Below are positions 42,660 to 55,795 of a stretch of DNA of 64,000 nt, in pieces. The stretch lies in the NCBI RefSeq assembly GCF_009914755.1, contig NC_060937.1; one strand, given 5' to 3'. How positions within the stretch are numbered: position 1 is the first letter of the stretch; each line of letters opens with the position of its first letter. Origin of the DNA: the human T2T-CHM13v2.0 reference genome, Homo sapiens. Made by a program: the position numbers and the translations under genes. The notes under the pieces were generated by a model. The model searched no databases. It had not been told where the DNA came from and saw only the letters and a list, made by a program, of their open reading frames with translations.

Positions 42660-42717
42660 TTGATGAGGGCCCTAGTCCTCCAGAGCAGTTTATGGCTGTC
42701 AAATTATCTGATTCCAG
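42660..42717 (+). pseudogene. FRG1: FRG1 paralogue exon 4
   Basis: caatag|TTGATGAGGGC...GATTCCAG|gtgaac encodes VDEGPSPPEQFMAVKLSDS. Confidence 0.94.
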
Positions 42718-44066
42718 GTGAACTTATATTGTAATATAATTAGTAACCAGTTATTTTAAAAACTTAATTGTATTCATTAAAAATTTTAGTATCTATCTTA
42801 AGCCTATGGTAATTTTGATATAAAAAATGGAATAGCTTTTTTGAAAAGTAGATTTTGTGATCTACTTTTAGTGGATTTCCTATCAATATATAATGCTAGG
42901 CTGGAAAAAAGATATGTAAGTTAAAAAATGAAGATTAATAATTTCACACACCAAATAAGATAGATTAAAAAATAAATCAATTTGTACAAAACCTGGTTCA
43001 CTGTTGCTATGATACTTAAACTCACTGTTTGGAAGTCTAAAGACAAACAGGAAGACTAAAAAAAATTAATATTGTTGAAACCAGCAGAGAATGTTACAAC
43101 ATCATTACGACCAAAAGAATATTTTTACTCACTATTTTTACAGTCATTTTAAAAAGTAACCTTTTTTATTCTCACCTTGTGTAGAAGTATAGAATGATTC
43201 TTTGGGTAAAAGATAATGAAAGTGAATTTACATATTTTAGTAATTGGTTACATCAACATGATAATGATTTCTGTTATATAATCATTAATGTATAAAGGAG
43301 TAAAAGTCAATTCTGGCATCCGAGGAGATTCTTGGTAAGGTAAAAGAAATCATAATTTTAAAAAAAATCACATTAAGATGATTATTTCTATACTTTCCTT
43401 GAAAGTCTGATAAGTAGGGTGAAAGACAGAATAAAAACAGAGGAAGAAAAATTCAATAGTTTTAAACTGCTTTACAATTATAAACAAAAAAGGATTATAA
43501 AGAAAATTAACTGACAAATGAGAAAATATTTGCAACAATCTTAATAGGCAGTGAGTTCTTACTCTTCATATGTATCTTGTATAAAATTCATAGCACTGAA
43601 GACCCCAGTAGAAAAATTGCGAACAATCAGATCTGAATAGAAAAATGGACAAGGGACATTATCAGATAATCTAAAAACTAAAAAGGAAAGGAAAAGAAAA
43701 ACAATTGTTATTCTAGTTAACTACTAAAATGCAAATTAATAGGATACTGTTTTTTTCCATATCAAGTTTTCAAGTATTTTTTTAGAGTCATAATGTTTAA
43801 AAAAAAATCCATGATACAAAACATACTCTGTTAATTTGAGGTAAGAATGTAAATGGAAGCAGCATTTTCTGGAAAACAGTTTGATGACATAAAGTTTTAG
43901 TAATTTAATATTGAAATTTATAACTAAAGAGGTATAATTGAAGAATGACGAATTATGAAAATATTTGTTATGTAATAAAGGTACAATGTTTTTATTAAAA
44001 AAGCAAAATATAAAACTAAATTTAAAACTGTACAGTCCAATATGGCAACAACTAGTCACATGTAGC

Positions 44067-44362
44067 TTTTTTTTTTTTTTGAGGCACAGAGTCTCAATCT
44101 GTCACCCAGGTTGGAAGGCAGTGGTGTGATCATAGCTCATTATAACCTCAAATTTCTGGGCTCAAGCACTCCTCCTGCATCAGTCTCCCAAGTAGCTGGT
44201 ATTACATGTGCACACCACCATGCCCAGCTAACTTTTTAAATTTTTTGTAAAGATGGGGTCTCACTATGTTGTCCAGGCTGATCTTGAACTTCTTGCCTCA
44301 AGCAATTCTCCCATTGCCTTCCCAAAGCACAGAGATTACAGGAGTGAGTTACCTCTCAGCCA
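44067..44362 (-). mobile_element. AluJ in FRG1 intron 4
   Basis: polyT, gggctcaagcactcctcc, gatggggtctcactatgttg. Confidence 0.9.
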
Positions 44363-44506
44363 CATGCATCTTTTGAACTCTTGGAATATGTCCAGTCTGA
44401 AACTTTAGATATGTACACACCTACACACATACACATGTCCTGTTTTGATGTCCTATAATTAATTTTCTCTCAGTTTTTAACTTTTATCTATCTTATTAAT
44501 GTACAG

Positions 44507-44621
44507 AATTGCCCTGAAATCTGGCTATGGAAAATATCTTGGTATAAATTCAGATGAACTTGTTGTTGGGCGTTCAGATGCAATTGGACCAAGAGAACAA
44601 TGGGAACCAGTCTTTCAAAAT
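44507..44621 (+). pseudogene. FRG1: FRG1 paralogue exon 5
   Basis: gtacag|AATTGCCCTG...CAAAAT|gtaagt encodes [38 protein letters not shown]. Confidence 0.95.
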
Positions 44622-46872
44622 GTAAGTGCTGTTTTTGTTTATAAAAACTTCCTGTCAGTTTAATAGAAAGTCTGTAACAGTCAATCATAATATATTTAAA
44701 AAGAAAAAGTAGGATGCAATGTATAATACATTAAATTGGAATAAACCGCTAAGAACATAGAGGCTTAAAGAGATCTCAAAATGTAGTGCAACAAAAATAG
44801 CATTAGTACATTTGCCCACAATTATTTCTCTATACCCTTAGTGCCTAGATATGGAACTCATTTCCATTGAAGAACCAGTCAATTTTAGGTCACAGAGTAG
44901 GAAAACAGAATAGTTCCTAAGTATCTTCTTTGTAGCAGAAATCATGGATGATTTCAGAAACATTACAGACTGTAAGCAAACAGTGGAGCTAGCTAAGACC
45001 AAGTTGTGACAATTTGCATATAAAATATAAATAATAATGGTTCATTGAAGTAAATTATCTCTAAAAGACTTTCAGTTCATAAGCTTAAAATAGTGTATGA
45101 AAAGATAGTTTTAATATAAGAAGAAAAAAGATAATATACTAATTCTTAATTTTAGTAAGTAAACAGTTGTAGTATATGGATGTTTTGTTAAATCTTTGTT
45201 GATACAGAATACATAATTTCCTTTTTCTGTTTGTGTGAGAAGGAAAGATTGAACAAAAATATGTGAGTGCTAAACTGTCTTTAAAAAGTAGATAACTATA
45301 TCAAAAAGAGTAAGGACCAGTGGGCACCATGCAGAACAAGCAAATAGAAGATAAGTTCAGCCTTTGAGTAGCAGCTTTGGTAGTATACAATAATGAACTG
45401 AAAATAGGTACTCAGCAGTGTTTTCTAAGATGACAGATTAAACAAACATGCCACCAGAAAGTGGTAATCACTTAGACTAATTTCCTCATCCCCTAGGATA
45501 AAGTCTTAAGTCGGTGACTTGAAAACTATTTTGACCCAATCCATTGACAAATGCATTTTCACATTGCAACCCAGCACACACATATGTATAACTGAAGCAA
45601 GAGTTGTACTTAACAATACTTACTTATCCATGTGTTATGCACCTTGATATTTCTTATTCTCTTTTACCCCTTTCTCTGTGTGTCTGTGTGTATTCCTTTT
45701 CCCCCCCACCCACCCAATACCGTTCAGGAAACACTACATTGATTTCATTACCTGCTAATGTGTTGCAACCCCTTTGAGATGATCCTACTTATTATGATGA
45801 GATGCTTCTAATAAAAGTTACACCAGTAGAAAATGCCAATATTTCATAAGGCCAGAATGATGACTTAGATAGTACTAATAATACAACACTTTAGGAAAGT
45901 TCATTTTATTTTATTTTTAGGAAGGACGCTAAGTTTCAAAAATTTAAATTTAAATGAAAGAAGGTCTTAAAACTCTATTGCAAAAAGGACTCAGCTGAAT
46001 AATCTGTGACACAGGTTTAAATCGCCTTGGGCCACACCGCTGTGTTCCAGAGCTCACCAGGAGCCATCCAGATGAGAGACCACCCAGCCCTTGTGACTTG
46101 ACTAAGAAATTAAATCCATGTTATCAGCACGTTTTTAACTGGATGTGATATAAGGTTAACATATTTTGTAATCATTGTATTTATAAATATTTTGTCTAAA
46201 TGTTATGGTATTACAAGTTTTCCAAAAGAATCAACCAAATACAGTTATAAATAAACGTTATATTTGTTTATGGGAATTAAGCTAACCAAATTTATAACCC
46301 AGATTTAGATACACAAGAAAATCAGTTTTTAAAGTTTTGTTTAATAGAAACCAGTGTAATACATCAAATATTAAACAATTAAAAATGTATATGAATATTT
46401 ACTTTCACACACAAAAGTCCCTCAGACATTGATTCTTAAATTCAAAACACCAAAGACATTGTATATACCTTTTCATGTTTTCTAATTGTGAAGAAAATAA
46501 ATTTTACTTAAAATGTTAATATTTGAATAAAGTATGCATTCATAATTATGTTCTTGTCTTTAAAGTTAATTTTCCAAGCAGAACTAAATCAGTTTTATCT
46601 TCAGTAGATCTTTTAGAAAGGAAGCAATCCTACTTTAGTCCTACTAGGAAGATACACCACAAATGTTTATTGTGGTAATCTTTGAATAGTAAAATGAAAG
46701 GTGATTTTGGTTTCCTTTTCTATATGTTCTTGTATTATATTTTTCAGGTTTTTCTCTAAGTTCTTTTCTGTGATTTTTAAAGCAGGGAGGAAAAATTAAT
46801 TCAATCTAAACACTTAATGTTTCTTCCACAAGAAGTATCCTCATGGCTATTTTGTTATTTTGTTTCACTTAG

Positions 46873-46977
46873 GGGAAAATGGCTTTGTTGGCCTCAAATA
46901 GCTGCTTTATTAGATGTAATGAAGCAGGGGACATAGAAGCAAAAAGTAAAACAGCAGGAGAAGAATAAATGATCAAG
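46873..46977 (+). pseudogene. FRG1: FRG1 paralogue exon 6 (E->TAA at 46966-46968)
   Basis: cttag|GGGAAAATGGCT...ATCAAG|gtattg encodes [34 protein letters not shown]. Confidence 0.95.
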
Positions 46978-48080
46978 GTATTGATGACATTTTATACAGA
47001 TGACTGCATTCACACATGCGATGTGACTGTATCTCTTTAAAATGTTAAGTCATCATTTACTGTCACTTTAAAGATTTAGTTAATAGCTTTTTATAATGTG
47101 GTGTTTCAAATAGACTCATTTTTAATTATAAATTCCATAGTTGATGGCTTGTTTATACAATGTGGTAGAGAAATCAGTGCATCTAGGAGCTACCTTGCCA
47201 TTATCTCCATGGATTAGTATCTTTTTCTGGTAGTTCCACATGCTCTTTTTAAGCTTTCATGTTCTTGTTTTCTTGCTTGTATTTTAAAATCTAATTTTTT
47301 AAATAGATAACATGTACACGTGGTCCAACATTTTTAAATAAAAGCATATGAAGATGAAGACATATGCCTACCATACATCTTACTCACCTGTGTCCCAGCT
47401 CCTGTTCCTCTTTCCCTTTGTTTTTTTATAGCCTCCTAAAATTTCTTTATAAACATATGAATATATTTATAATTTTCAACTGTTTTACACTAAAGGCAAC
47501 CTCCTCTATAGTCTTCTAGACTTTGATTTTTTTTTCCTTAAAATTATATCTTGGAGAGTTTTCTACTATTAGTTTGAATGTAGAAAGTTTTCTCTTTTTC
47601 TTGCTTTTCCTCTCTTTCTCTCTCTCTCTCTTTTTAACAGCCACATAATATTCCATTTTAGGGATGTACCTTAATTTATTTAGTCTTTTGTAGATGGAAA
47701 TTTAGGCTGTTTCCAGTCTTTTGCTCTTATAAACAGTGCTGCAGTACATAATATTGAATATGCATCAATTTGTAGATGTGCGGGTGGACCTGAAGATAAA
47801 TTTCCAGAAGCAGAATTACCAGGTGGGGGTATACGCATTTGTATTTACATAATGCTTGAGCTTCTGTGATGATAATCACTCTATGAAACATAAAAAATTA
47901 TAGCAGAACTTCTGGGGCCTTAGCCCTTACATTTTAAAAATATTTTTATTAATAGTACCTGTCTTCTTTGCATTAGGAGAAACATGAATCACATAAAACA
48001 TGATTTTTATTTTATTTTTAAAATTTGTGTGCATCACTAAGCTGGAAATAAAAGTTCCTTATTCCAGGCTAAATTCCCTC

Positions 48081-48118
48081 ATCCGTAGTCAGACGCGTTA
48101 TCCATTGCACCAGTGGCC
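48081..48118 (-). pseudogene. tRNA-Arg(ACG) 5'-half retropseudogene
   Basis: Reverse complement GGCCACTGGTGCAATGGATAACGCGTCTGACTACGGAT vs tRNA-Arg-ACG GGGCCAGTGGCGCAATGGATAACGCGTCTGACTACGGATC; no T-arm/B box or 3' acceptor strand. Confidence 0.88.
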
Positions 48119-48290
48119 TGTGCACTCCCTAATCCTACTCTTTGTTTTACATCATTGTAAAAGTTACACAGACATCTTCATATCAAGGTGAAATTCTAAA
48201 TAATACTGTTAATATAACATAGATAAATCAGGTAGTTAAGTGGAATTTGATGAAAACATTTAAGGCTTAATTTTTTAGACTCACAAAAGC

Positions 48291-48510
48291 CACTGATCTT
48301 TAATGATAAACATATACCAGGATATGTCTAAAGAATAACTCCCTGCTTCTTGACACATGGCTTTTGTGTGTCTTGGCATTCCATCGCAGTACTGAGCAAA
48401 TGCACCGATCTTTAATGATAAACATATACCAGGATATGTCTAAAGAATAACTCCCCCCTTCTTGACACATGGTTTTTCTGTGTCTTAGCATTCCATCGCA
48501 GTACTGAGCA
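48291..48510. repeat. Tandem duplication, 112-bp period, 2 copies
   Basis: cac(t/c)gatctttaatgataaacatataccaggatatgtc...ccatcgcagtactgagca begins at 48291 and 48403. Confidence 0.95.
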
Positions 48511-50282
48511 TCCTGAACCTTGCTTTGTTTGTCTCTGTTGGGAATCACAGGTTGCATCCAGTCTGACCCAGATTTGCTCTGTAAGGCATTATGGGGGCCA
48601 GAGTGGAAGGCTCTAAGAGAGGGGGCAAATGCCTTTTCTAAAATGCCCTTCGTTCTTACAATTAGAGCATAAAAATTAATGTTACATTTTTCTCTACTTC
48701 CAGTGTAATTTAAAAGCATCTATCAATTCTCTGTACGTGCTTCATGTTAGATTTCCGGTCATGTGTTTGATTTTCTTTTTAGAATGGTCTTGATTTCAGA
48801 TAATTTCAAATCTAAAGCCCAAACAATTTCAATCTAAAATGTAGGTTTTTCTTACAGTTAGAGAAGTGAAATGTTATATTTTTTCATTGCATGCATCCAG
48901 CACATGCGTTGTAGTCTTGAATTTCCATAATGCTCCTGTGAGGTGGATGTGAGCTCAGCCTTACAGACAGGAAGACAGCCTCTGACCCTCCTTACATCCT
49001 TATGGTTTTTGTCAGTCAGTTCATGGTAATCACAGTGATTTCAAGGTGTGTTAAGACAGGATGTGTACCGAGGCCCATCTGACTCCAGAGGCCAATCTCA
49101 GTATTTCATAGCACATTGCTTCTCAGGAAACAGGTCATTGAGGAAATGCAGATGGGTTTGTGACTTACATTTAATTTTATTTATTTATATTTTATTGTAT
49201 CATGTTTAAATTATTTTTCATCTGGATATCATCACAAAAGTGTTATTGAAGGCAACAATGGCAAATATATGTGCAGTGCTTTGCACTTATGCAAAGATAC
49301 AAAGATACACAAAGATTGCGTTTTTCACTATTTAAAGCAATTTTCAGATGAAATACAAAGTTTTCTGGGTCTCTTAGGTTAGTCAAGTACTTGGAAGCTC
49401 TGAACAGTGGTTATTTAAGACTCTTTTTGTACCATTTAATTGCAGGCTTTCCTAATCTCTGTCAGCCCTTCACCTTTATGACCTTGCCTTATCTACCAGA
49501 ACACAGATCCCTCTTACTAAAGGTAGCATTGTGTTACAGGCACTAACAGGGAATGTTTTCAGGCCTGGGACCCCTCTAATCAAAACTGTCACAAAGATGT
49601 CATTGGCACAAAGACGTTATTTGTCATCACTTTCTAAGCAGCCCTGGAACTGGACTCTGGCCACAGAGATCCCTTAGGAGACATGAGTCCTTACCATTGC
49701 CAATTGCCTGTTCTGTGGGCGATCCTAATTGTTGAATGCAGATCAATTAACTTATGACATGTGATAGTAAACACCTATCCAAACTTAGGAGAATATAAGA
49801 AGCCAGTAAAAGAGGTGGATTCCAATTAATTAAAAACAAGTTGTGTAATGTTAAAAGTTTTAATACTTTGATAATAGTCTGTGCAATGTAAAATAGCTAT
49901 TAAGCTTTCAGTCTGATCAAATGAACACTTGTCTATAGGGATAATTTGATCCTGGTGTATTCACTTGGAGGACAAAATTAAATGAATGATTGCTTTATTG
50001 TCTAGCAGGATCTGATGTGTAAAATATTTCTGAAATAATTTTGTCTGTAGTGTTTCTGACAAAAGGACTGGGAAGGAGCATGTGATAGCCCTTACTCATA
50101 TAGATTATATATATATGAAGTAAAAATGCATAGCAAGAACCTGTCTTTTTCTGAATATAGTTGCTCAGTTAATTTTTTTCTTCTGCATAAGAAATCATCT
50201 CGAATATTCTTATGTGATACGTAAAGTGGGGAAGGTGGAAGATAAACATATAACCCATTGGATTCTCTTTTCCATTATCTAG

Positions 50283-50374
50283 ATTAGATCCTGTGCTGAA
50301 AGAGAAGCCAAGAAAAAAGATGACATTCCAGAAGAAGACAAAGGAAATGTAAAACAACATGAAATCAATTATGT
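50283..50374 (+). pseudogene. FRG1: FRG1 paralogue exon 7
   Basis: tctag|ATTAGATCC...TATGT|gtatgt encodes [30 protein letters not shown]. Confidence 0.95.
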
Positions 50375-50451
50375 GTATGTATGCTTTTCCTTTTAGACCT
50401 ACAGATTTGACAGTGAAGTGCTTCTCAAAGTGCTTTCAAAATAAATTATCT

Positions 50452-50606
50452 AATTAGCTGGGGATGGTGGTGCATGCACGTAGGCCCATCTGCTCGGGAG
50501 GCTGAGACAGGAGGATTGTTTGAGCCCAGGAGTTCAAGGCTGCAGTGAGCTCTGATCACCAGTGCATTCCAGCCTGGGTGACGGAGGAAGATTCTGTCTG
50601 AAAAAA
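50452..50606 (+). mobile_element. Alu right monomer (FRAM-like)
   Basis: aattagctgggg...gaggctgagacaggagg...cagcctgggtgac. Confidence 0.85.
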
Positions 50607-50940
50607 TGAAAACTGATGGACAAGAAGAGGCAACACAATGTAGCCTCTAGGAAAGAGCACTGAGCTAAATTCTTTTCTTGAGGGTTCTGTTTTCCTAATC
50701 ATCCTACCAGCCCCCAAAGCTAGTCATTCGGGTTAGTCAATCTCTCTATTCATTCATAGAATGGGCGTGATGCCAGTCAAAGGCTGTGCTATGGTCAGGA
50801 CACAGGGGACTCCAGCCAGCATGCCCTAATAGAAGTGGGGCCTTGTGCTACCCAGTCAATGAGTGGCCGTCCTCTTGAGAGGTCACAAAGGTCATCTTGT
50901 TGTTCAAAATCTCCAGCTTATTAAAAAAAAACACAATTAG

Positions 50941-51239
<299 letters not shown>

Positions 51240-51354
51240 TACAATTAGATTTTTTTAATAAGTGAAAAAGAAATTAACATTATTTATAAATTTAATAGTA
51301 AATATATATAATCAGAGTTTGAGGTATTTTTCAATGAAGACATTTTCTTTGCAG

Positions 51355-51465
51355 AAAGAAATTTCAGAGCTTCCAGGACCACAAACTTAAAATAAGTAAA
51401 GAAGACAGTAAAATTCCTAAAAAGGCTCAGAAAGATGGATTTTTGCATGAGATGCTTAGGGATAG
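51355..51465 (+). pseudogene. FRG1: FRG1 paralogue exon 8
   Basis: ttgcag|AAAGAAATTT...GATAG|gtagct encodes [36 protein letters not shown]. Confidence 0.95.
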
Positions 51466-52629
51466 GTAGCTATTTACTTATTTTCACTATTTTCAGTAAC
51501 CAATAGAAATGGCATGTAGAAAACCTATATTCTCTTAAATTACTGTAGTTTTCACATTTTTGTCTTTATTTCTGAGTGTGGCAATATTACCTAGAGAGGA
51601 CATCATGAGTTTGGGAAAAGACTGTCAACAAAGAATATCTAAAAATTATAACCGATTCTAAGTATATACTTTAAGAAATTCAGGTTAGACTCTATCTACT
51701 TCATAAATTTATCATTTTCTTTTTATAACTATTAGAACCGAGTTAGAAAGAAGCAGTTTGACTAATATAAAAATTATGTGGATTCTGTTAGAGTAGTTCA
51801 GGTTCCTTAAAGTAAGCATAGATCAACTAAAAAACTAAGTATAAAAGCTAAATAAGTGAAATTGAAGCAGTTTTATTGTAAGATTTGGAAGAGTGCAGGA
51901 TGTTTATCATAGCACATTATTAATATTTATTACTCTTCCTATGTAGATAAGTGATGTCCTAGATTTACAACATAGAAAAACAGGTAGAGACGTTTAGCTG
52001 TGAGTGTACAAGTATAAATCAATTAAGTGCCAGATTTTGATAATCACCAGCTGCTCATTCAAGTCCTATGTTGCAAAGTTACTTTTACCCTTTATTTACA
52101 TTACTTGATAAAGGTAATGTTTAATTACATATTTCCTGTTAACTAGCTGGTAGAGTTCATACCTAAAGTCAGTAAATAATGTTAAGAATTTTTTCCAGCT
52201 GAGCAAATGAATATGTATCTAGTTGTAAGAAATCAAGAAGAGGATATAAAATATAATCAGGATGTGGACTCTAAAACGGAATAAGCTCTGTGTCCTGTAA
52301 CTTTTTTCACTTGTAATAATACAGCATTCTCACCCTGTTAAATGGAAACTTAGAGCACCCTTAAATTCTGGAATAGTTAAAATTGCTATTTAGATTGAAA
52401 AGCCCTTAGGCAACATTTATTGAATATTAGGAAATAACTTTTATAAGATTAGAATCCACTTTTTATAGAAACCAAATTTAAAAGTATACATATTTTAATA
52501 TAAGTGTTGTGGTAATACAATAACCAAAATTGAACACACAGTTTTAAAGCTTTTTATATTTAGTAGCAGTTGAATATATATGGCATGTTTTACATAGATT
52601 AATTTTACTATTTTTCTTTGTTTAAACAA

Positions 52630-52715
52630 GAGAACCAAATTGAAAGCCTACAGATACTGAAGATGACTGGAATTTTTGTTTCTGTCTTATCTTTTTGTGT
52701 TTTTTTCTGAATAAA
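52630..52715 (+). pseudogene. FRG1: FRG1 paralogue exon 9 with 3' UTR and AATAAA; acceptor AG->AA, premature TGA 52658-52660
   Basis: aaacaa|GAGAACCAAATTGAAAGCCTACAGATACTGAAGATGA encodes RTKLKAYRY*R* vs FRG1 RAKLKADRYCK*; AATAAA at 52710-52715. Confidence 0.9.
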
Positions 52716-53766
52716 CAATTCAGAGGAAATGCTTTTACAGAGTTCTTGAGTTGTTGTGAAATTATTGTTTAGCTAGTAGCTAGTTTAACCAGGATTAAAC
52801 AAGTTTAATCAGGATTCTTCATGGATGTACTTTTTAGCTAACTACAGTTTTTCACATGGAAATGAAACTTACAGTACACACTTAACGTACCACAGAATTT
52901 TTTTCTGGATTTCCTGTCCTGAAGCATGAAGTGTACTAGAAACCAATTCTTCCTGCGCTACTTGTGGAATCTTTCTTACTGGATCATAATCTTACTTTAC
53001 TTTATACAATAGATGCTTAATCAGTGCCTTTAATAGGAAGTTAGAAACTCCCAATCCAATCAACAAGGCTTTGATTCTACCTCCTAAGTACTACCCAGAT
53101 CACAGAAAATCCAAATATCAGAACTAGGGGCTGGGCAGAGAGGACAAATCATCTATTAGGGAGTGGGACAGAAAGTGGAAACATTACAAAGGAGCAAGTA
53201 GGCTCAGAACAGAAGGGAGAGTAGTACGGGGAAACTCTCTACTGAGGACAGTTTTGCCACAGTAGATATGTATGTGATGTTTTTGTCCTCGTGGGCTGGA
53301 ATGGAAGCTGATAAAGAAGTTCAGATGCTACATGTTGCTTAGGTCTGCTTTGTTGAAGCCTGTCTCTTTCAGAGTTCCTAAACACAATATTCCTGTGGCA
53401 TCTAATCCCAGTGAGTGCTCCAAATCCAGGCTGTGTATCAGATGCCACGGGAAATTCTGCCTCAGGACTGAGGTTGGTTCAAGCATCTGGATGATGTCAA
53501 AAGTCCACGTTGTGTGCTGGCCTAACCTGAAATACCCTATCTAGTTCTAGCCTTTAAATTCCTTCTGTCACCAAATCTAGAGTTACATGGCGTCTGTACA
53601 AGCTAGGTAGCTGAGGCATGGGATCAGCCCTATAAAGGAGCTTTTGGAGCTTTTGTTGTAGGTCTAGCTTCAACTTGGCACTCCAGTTCCAATAGCTGGA
53701 CTTTCTCCCATCGTGTGTTCTGATCCTTGGATTGGGAACAAAGTAACCACTCTGATCCCACAAAGC

Positions 53767-53925
53767 AGTGGTTCCAGTTCCTAACCAGTGACTGTTTTGC
53801 CTCCCAGGGGACATTTTTGGTTTTCACAACTGGAATATGGTGTTAGAGAGTAGAGGCTAGGGTTGCTGCGAAGCATGTGGCAGAATCCCGTTCCGCTCAG
53901 AATGCTAACAGTGCCAAGGTTATGG
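53767..53925 (+). mobile_element. MER20-like hAT element
   Basis: tttgcctcccaggggacattt...gtagaggctagggttgctg...cagtgccaaggtt. Confidence 0.65.
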
Positions 53926-55278
53926 AGCCTTCCCACCCAAGGGCTTGGTCTTTTCCTTGATTTTGCCAGCTCCCTAACCCTTAAACAAAACAGTTCAAAT
54001 CTATATGCATAAGCATCTCCTAGGGACCTGCACGTTTCCAATATCGACTACTGAGACCCATCCGTAGAGATGCAGGCTTAGGAGGTCTAGGATTGGGCTC
54101 AAAATTTGCATTTTAACAAGTACTCCAGGTCATTCTGAAGCAAGTGATACAAACCACAGAATGAGGAACACCGCCTTCAAGAGACTGAATCTTGCTTCCC
54201 AACACTAGCTTGGTATCTGAGACCATCTGCCTGCTGACTGGCTTTCCTGTCACAAACATTCTGCATGTGGGCACAGTGTGTTCCTGGACTCCATGTCAAC
54301 CCGTTCACCCTCATGTTCCCTTGGTTCCTCTCCCCAGTCCAGCGAGCAGAACTGATTACAGATCTTGACAACAGAAGATACAGATTTAAAATAACTTGCC
54401 TGTTCCCGGGGACTTTATCCACTAGTGAAGGAGGACAAGTGGACAAGGGGAGAGGGTAGGTGGGGGCTCCTTCCCTATTCCTCCCATTCCACTTTATACA
54501 AACCCCAGCTAGACCACTGGGAGAGCAACGGAGGTTAAGAATGACTGCATCTAAATATTGTCATCTGGTCCACTCTTCTTCCATCTTGTACACAAGGATA
54601 TCATGAGTTTTGTTTAAAGCACTACTAAAACCAAGATAAACTTTGGCTTAGCATGCCTCTGATGGATCAGTCTAGTAATCTTATCAAAACCAAGATTACC
54701 TAAAAGCACTAACCAAAGGAAAAGCTCCCTCACCCCAACCTATGACTGCTCACATTTTTCAGATTGACTCATTTCAATTGTATTTTAAGGTTCATTGACT
54801 CTTTACCACCTTCAAGCTGCTCCTGAACACAACTGATTATTATTTTTTAATTTTGAAAACTTTCTCACTTCTGGAATTTCCACTTGAGTCTTTGTTATTA
54901 TTGTAGTTTCTTCTTCTCTGCTGTGATTTCCTATCCATTTATTTTAAGGGTTTTTGGGGTTTTGATTTTAGTAAGAATTACAATAACTACTTTAAAAATC
55001 CACACTAATTCCAACATCTGGGTCGTCTCGAGGTCAGTCTCTATTCATTGCCTTTTTCTTTGAATATGTTTCTTTACATGTTTGATATAATGGGATTGAA
55101 TTCTGAAGATTGTAAAACTAGATTTTGTTTTGTTCCTCTGAAAATTTTGATAATTTTTTGTTGTATTTGTTGTATTTTGTTTGATTTTTTTTCTATTATA
55201 TACTTTACAATAATTTTTCTCCAATGGTTTTAACATTTCTATTTCTCAAAATATTTATGTTAAAAATTATACAAAGTA

Positions 55279-55795
55279 GCTTGGTGCAGTGGCTCCCATC
55301 TGTAATCCCAGAACTTTTAGAGGCCAAGGCAGGAGGGTCACTTGAGCCCAGGAGTTGGAAACCAGCCTACACAACAAGGCAAGACCCTTTCTCCACAAAA
55401 AAATTATTAGGGTGGGGTAAAAAGTAGTTGCGGGTTTTGCCATTACTTTCAATGGCAAAACCCGGAATTACTCTTGCACTAACCTGATAAAAAATAAGCT
55501 GGGTATGGTGGTGACGTGTGCCTGTGGTCTCAGCTATTTGGGAAGTGAAGGCAGAGGTGGGAGGATTGCTTGAGCCCAGGAGTTCCAGACCAGCCTGAGA
55601 CCCTGTCTCTATGAGAAAAAAAAAAAAAATAGCTGGGCCCACGTACCTGTGGTACTAGCCACTTGGGAGGCAAAGGCAGAGGTGCCAGAATCCCTTGAGC
55701 CCAGAAGCTCAAGGCTGCAGGGCACTGTGATTGTGTCACTGCACTCCAGCCTGGGTGATGGAGCACGACCCTGACTCCAAATAATAATAATAATT
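55279..55795 (+). mobile_element. Composite AluJ-like (left monomer, MADE1, partial monomer, right monomer)
   Basis: Three Alu monomer stretches at ~55279-55402, ~55495-55629 and ~55630-55795. Confidence 0.8.
55407..55487. mobile_element. MADE1 (Hsmar1-derived MITE)
   Basis: ttagggtggggtaaaaagtagttgcgggttttgccattactttcaatggcaaaacccggaattactcttgcactaacctga with TA on both sides. Confidence 0.92.

Noticed and set aside
48081-48118. Functional tRNA-Arg gene
   Set aside because: No T-arm/B box, no 3' acceptor strand and no Pol III terminator
48291-48510. Repeat pairs here and at 29563 as a CRISPR-like array
   Set aside because: Two adjacent copies with no unique spacers, no cas genes, primate context
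53230-53770. Possible next MLLT10 exon downstream of the orphan exon
   Set aside because: Minus-strand translations do not resemble the following AF10 sequence (GSFSGTPGSVKSSSG...); origin unresolved
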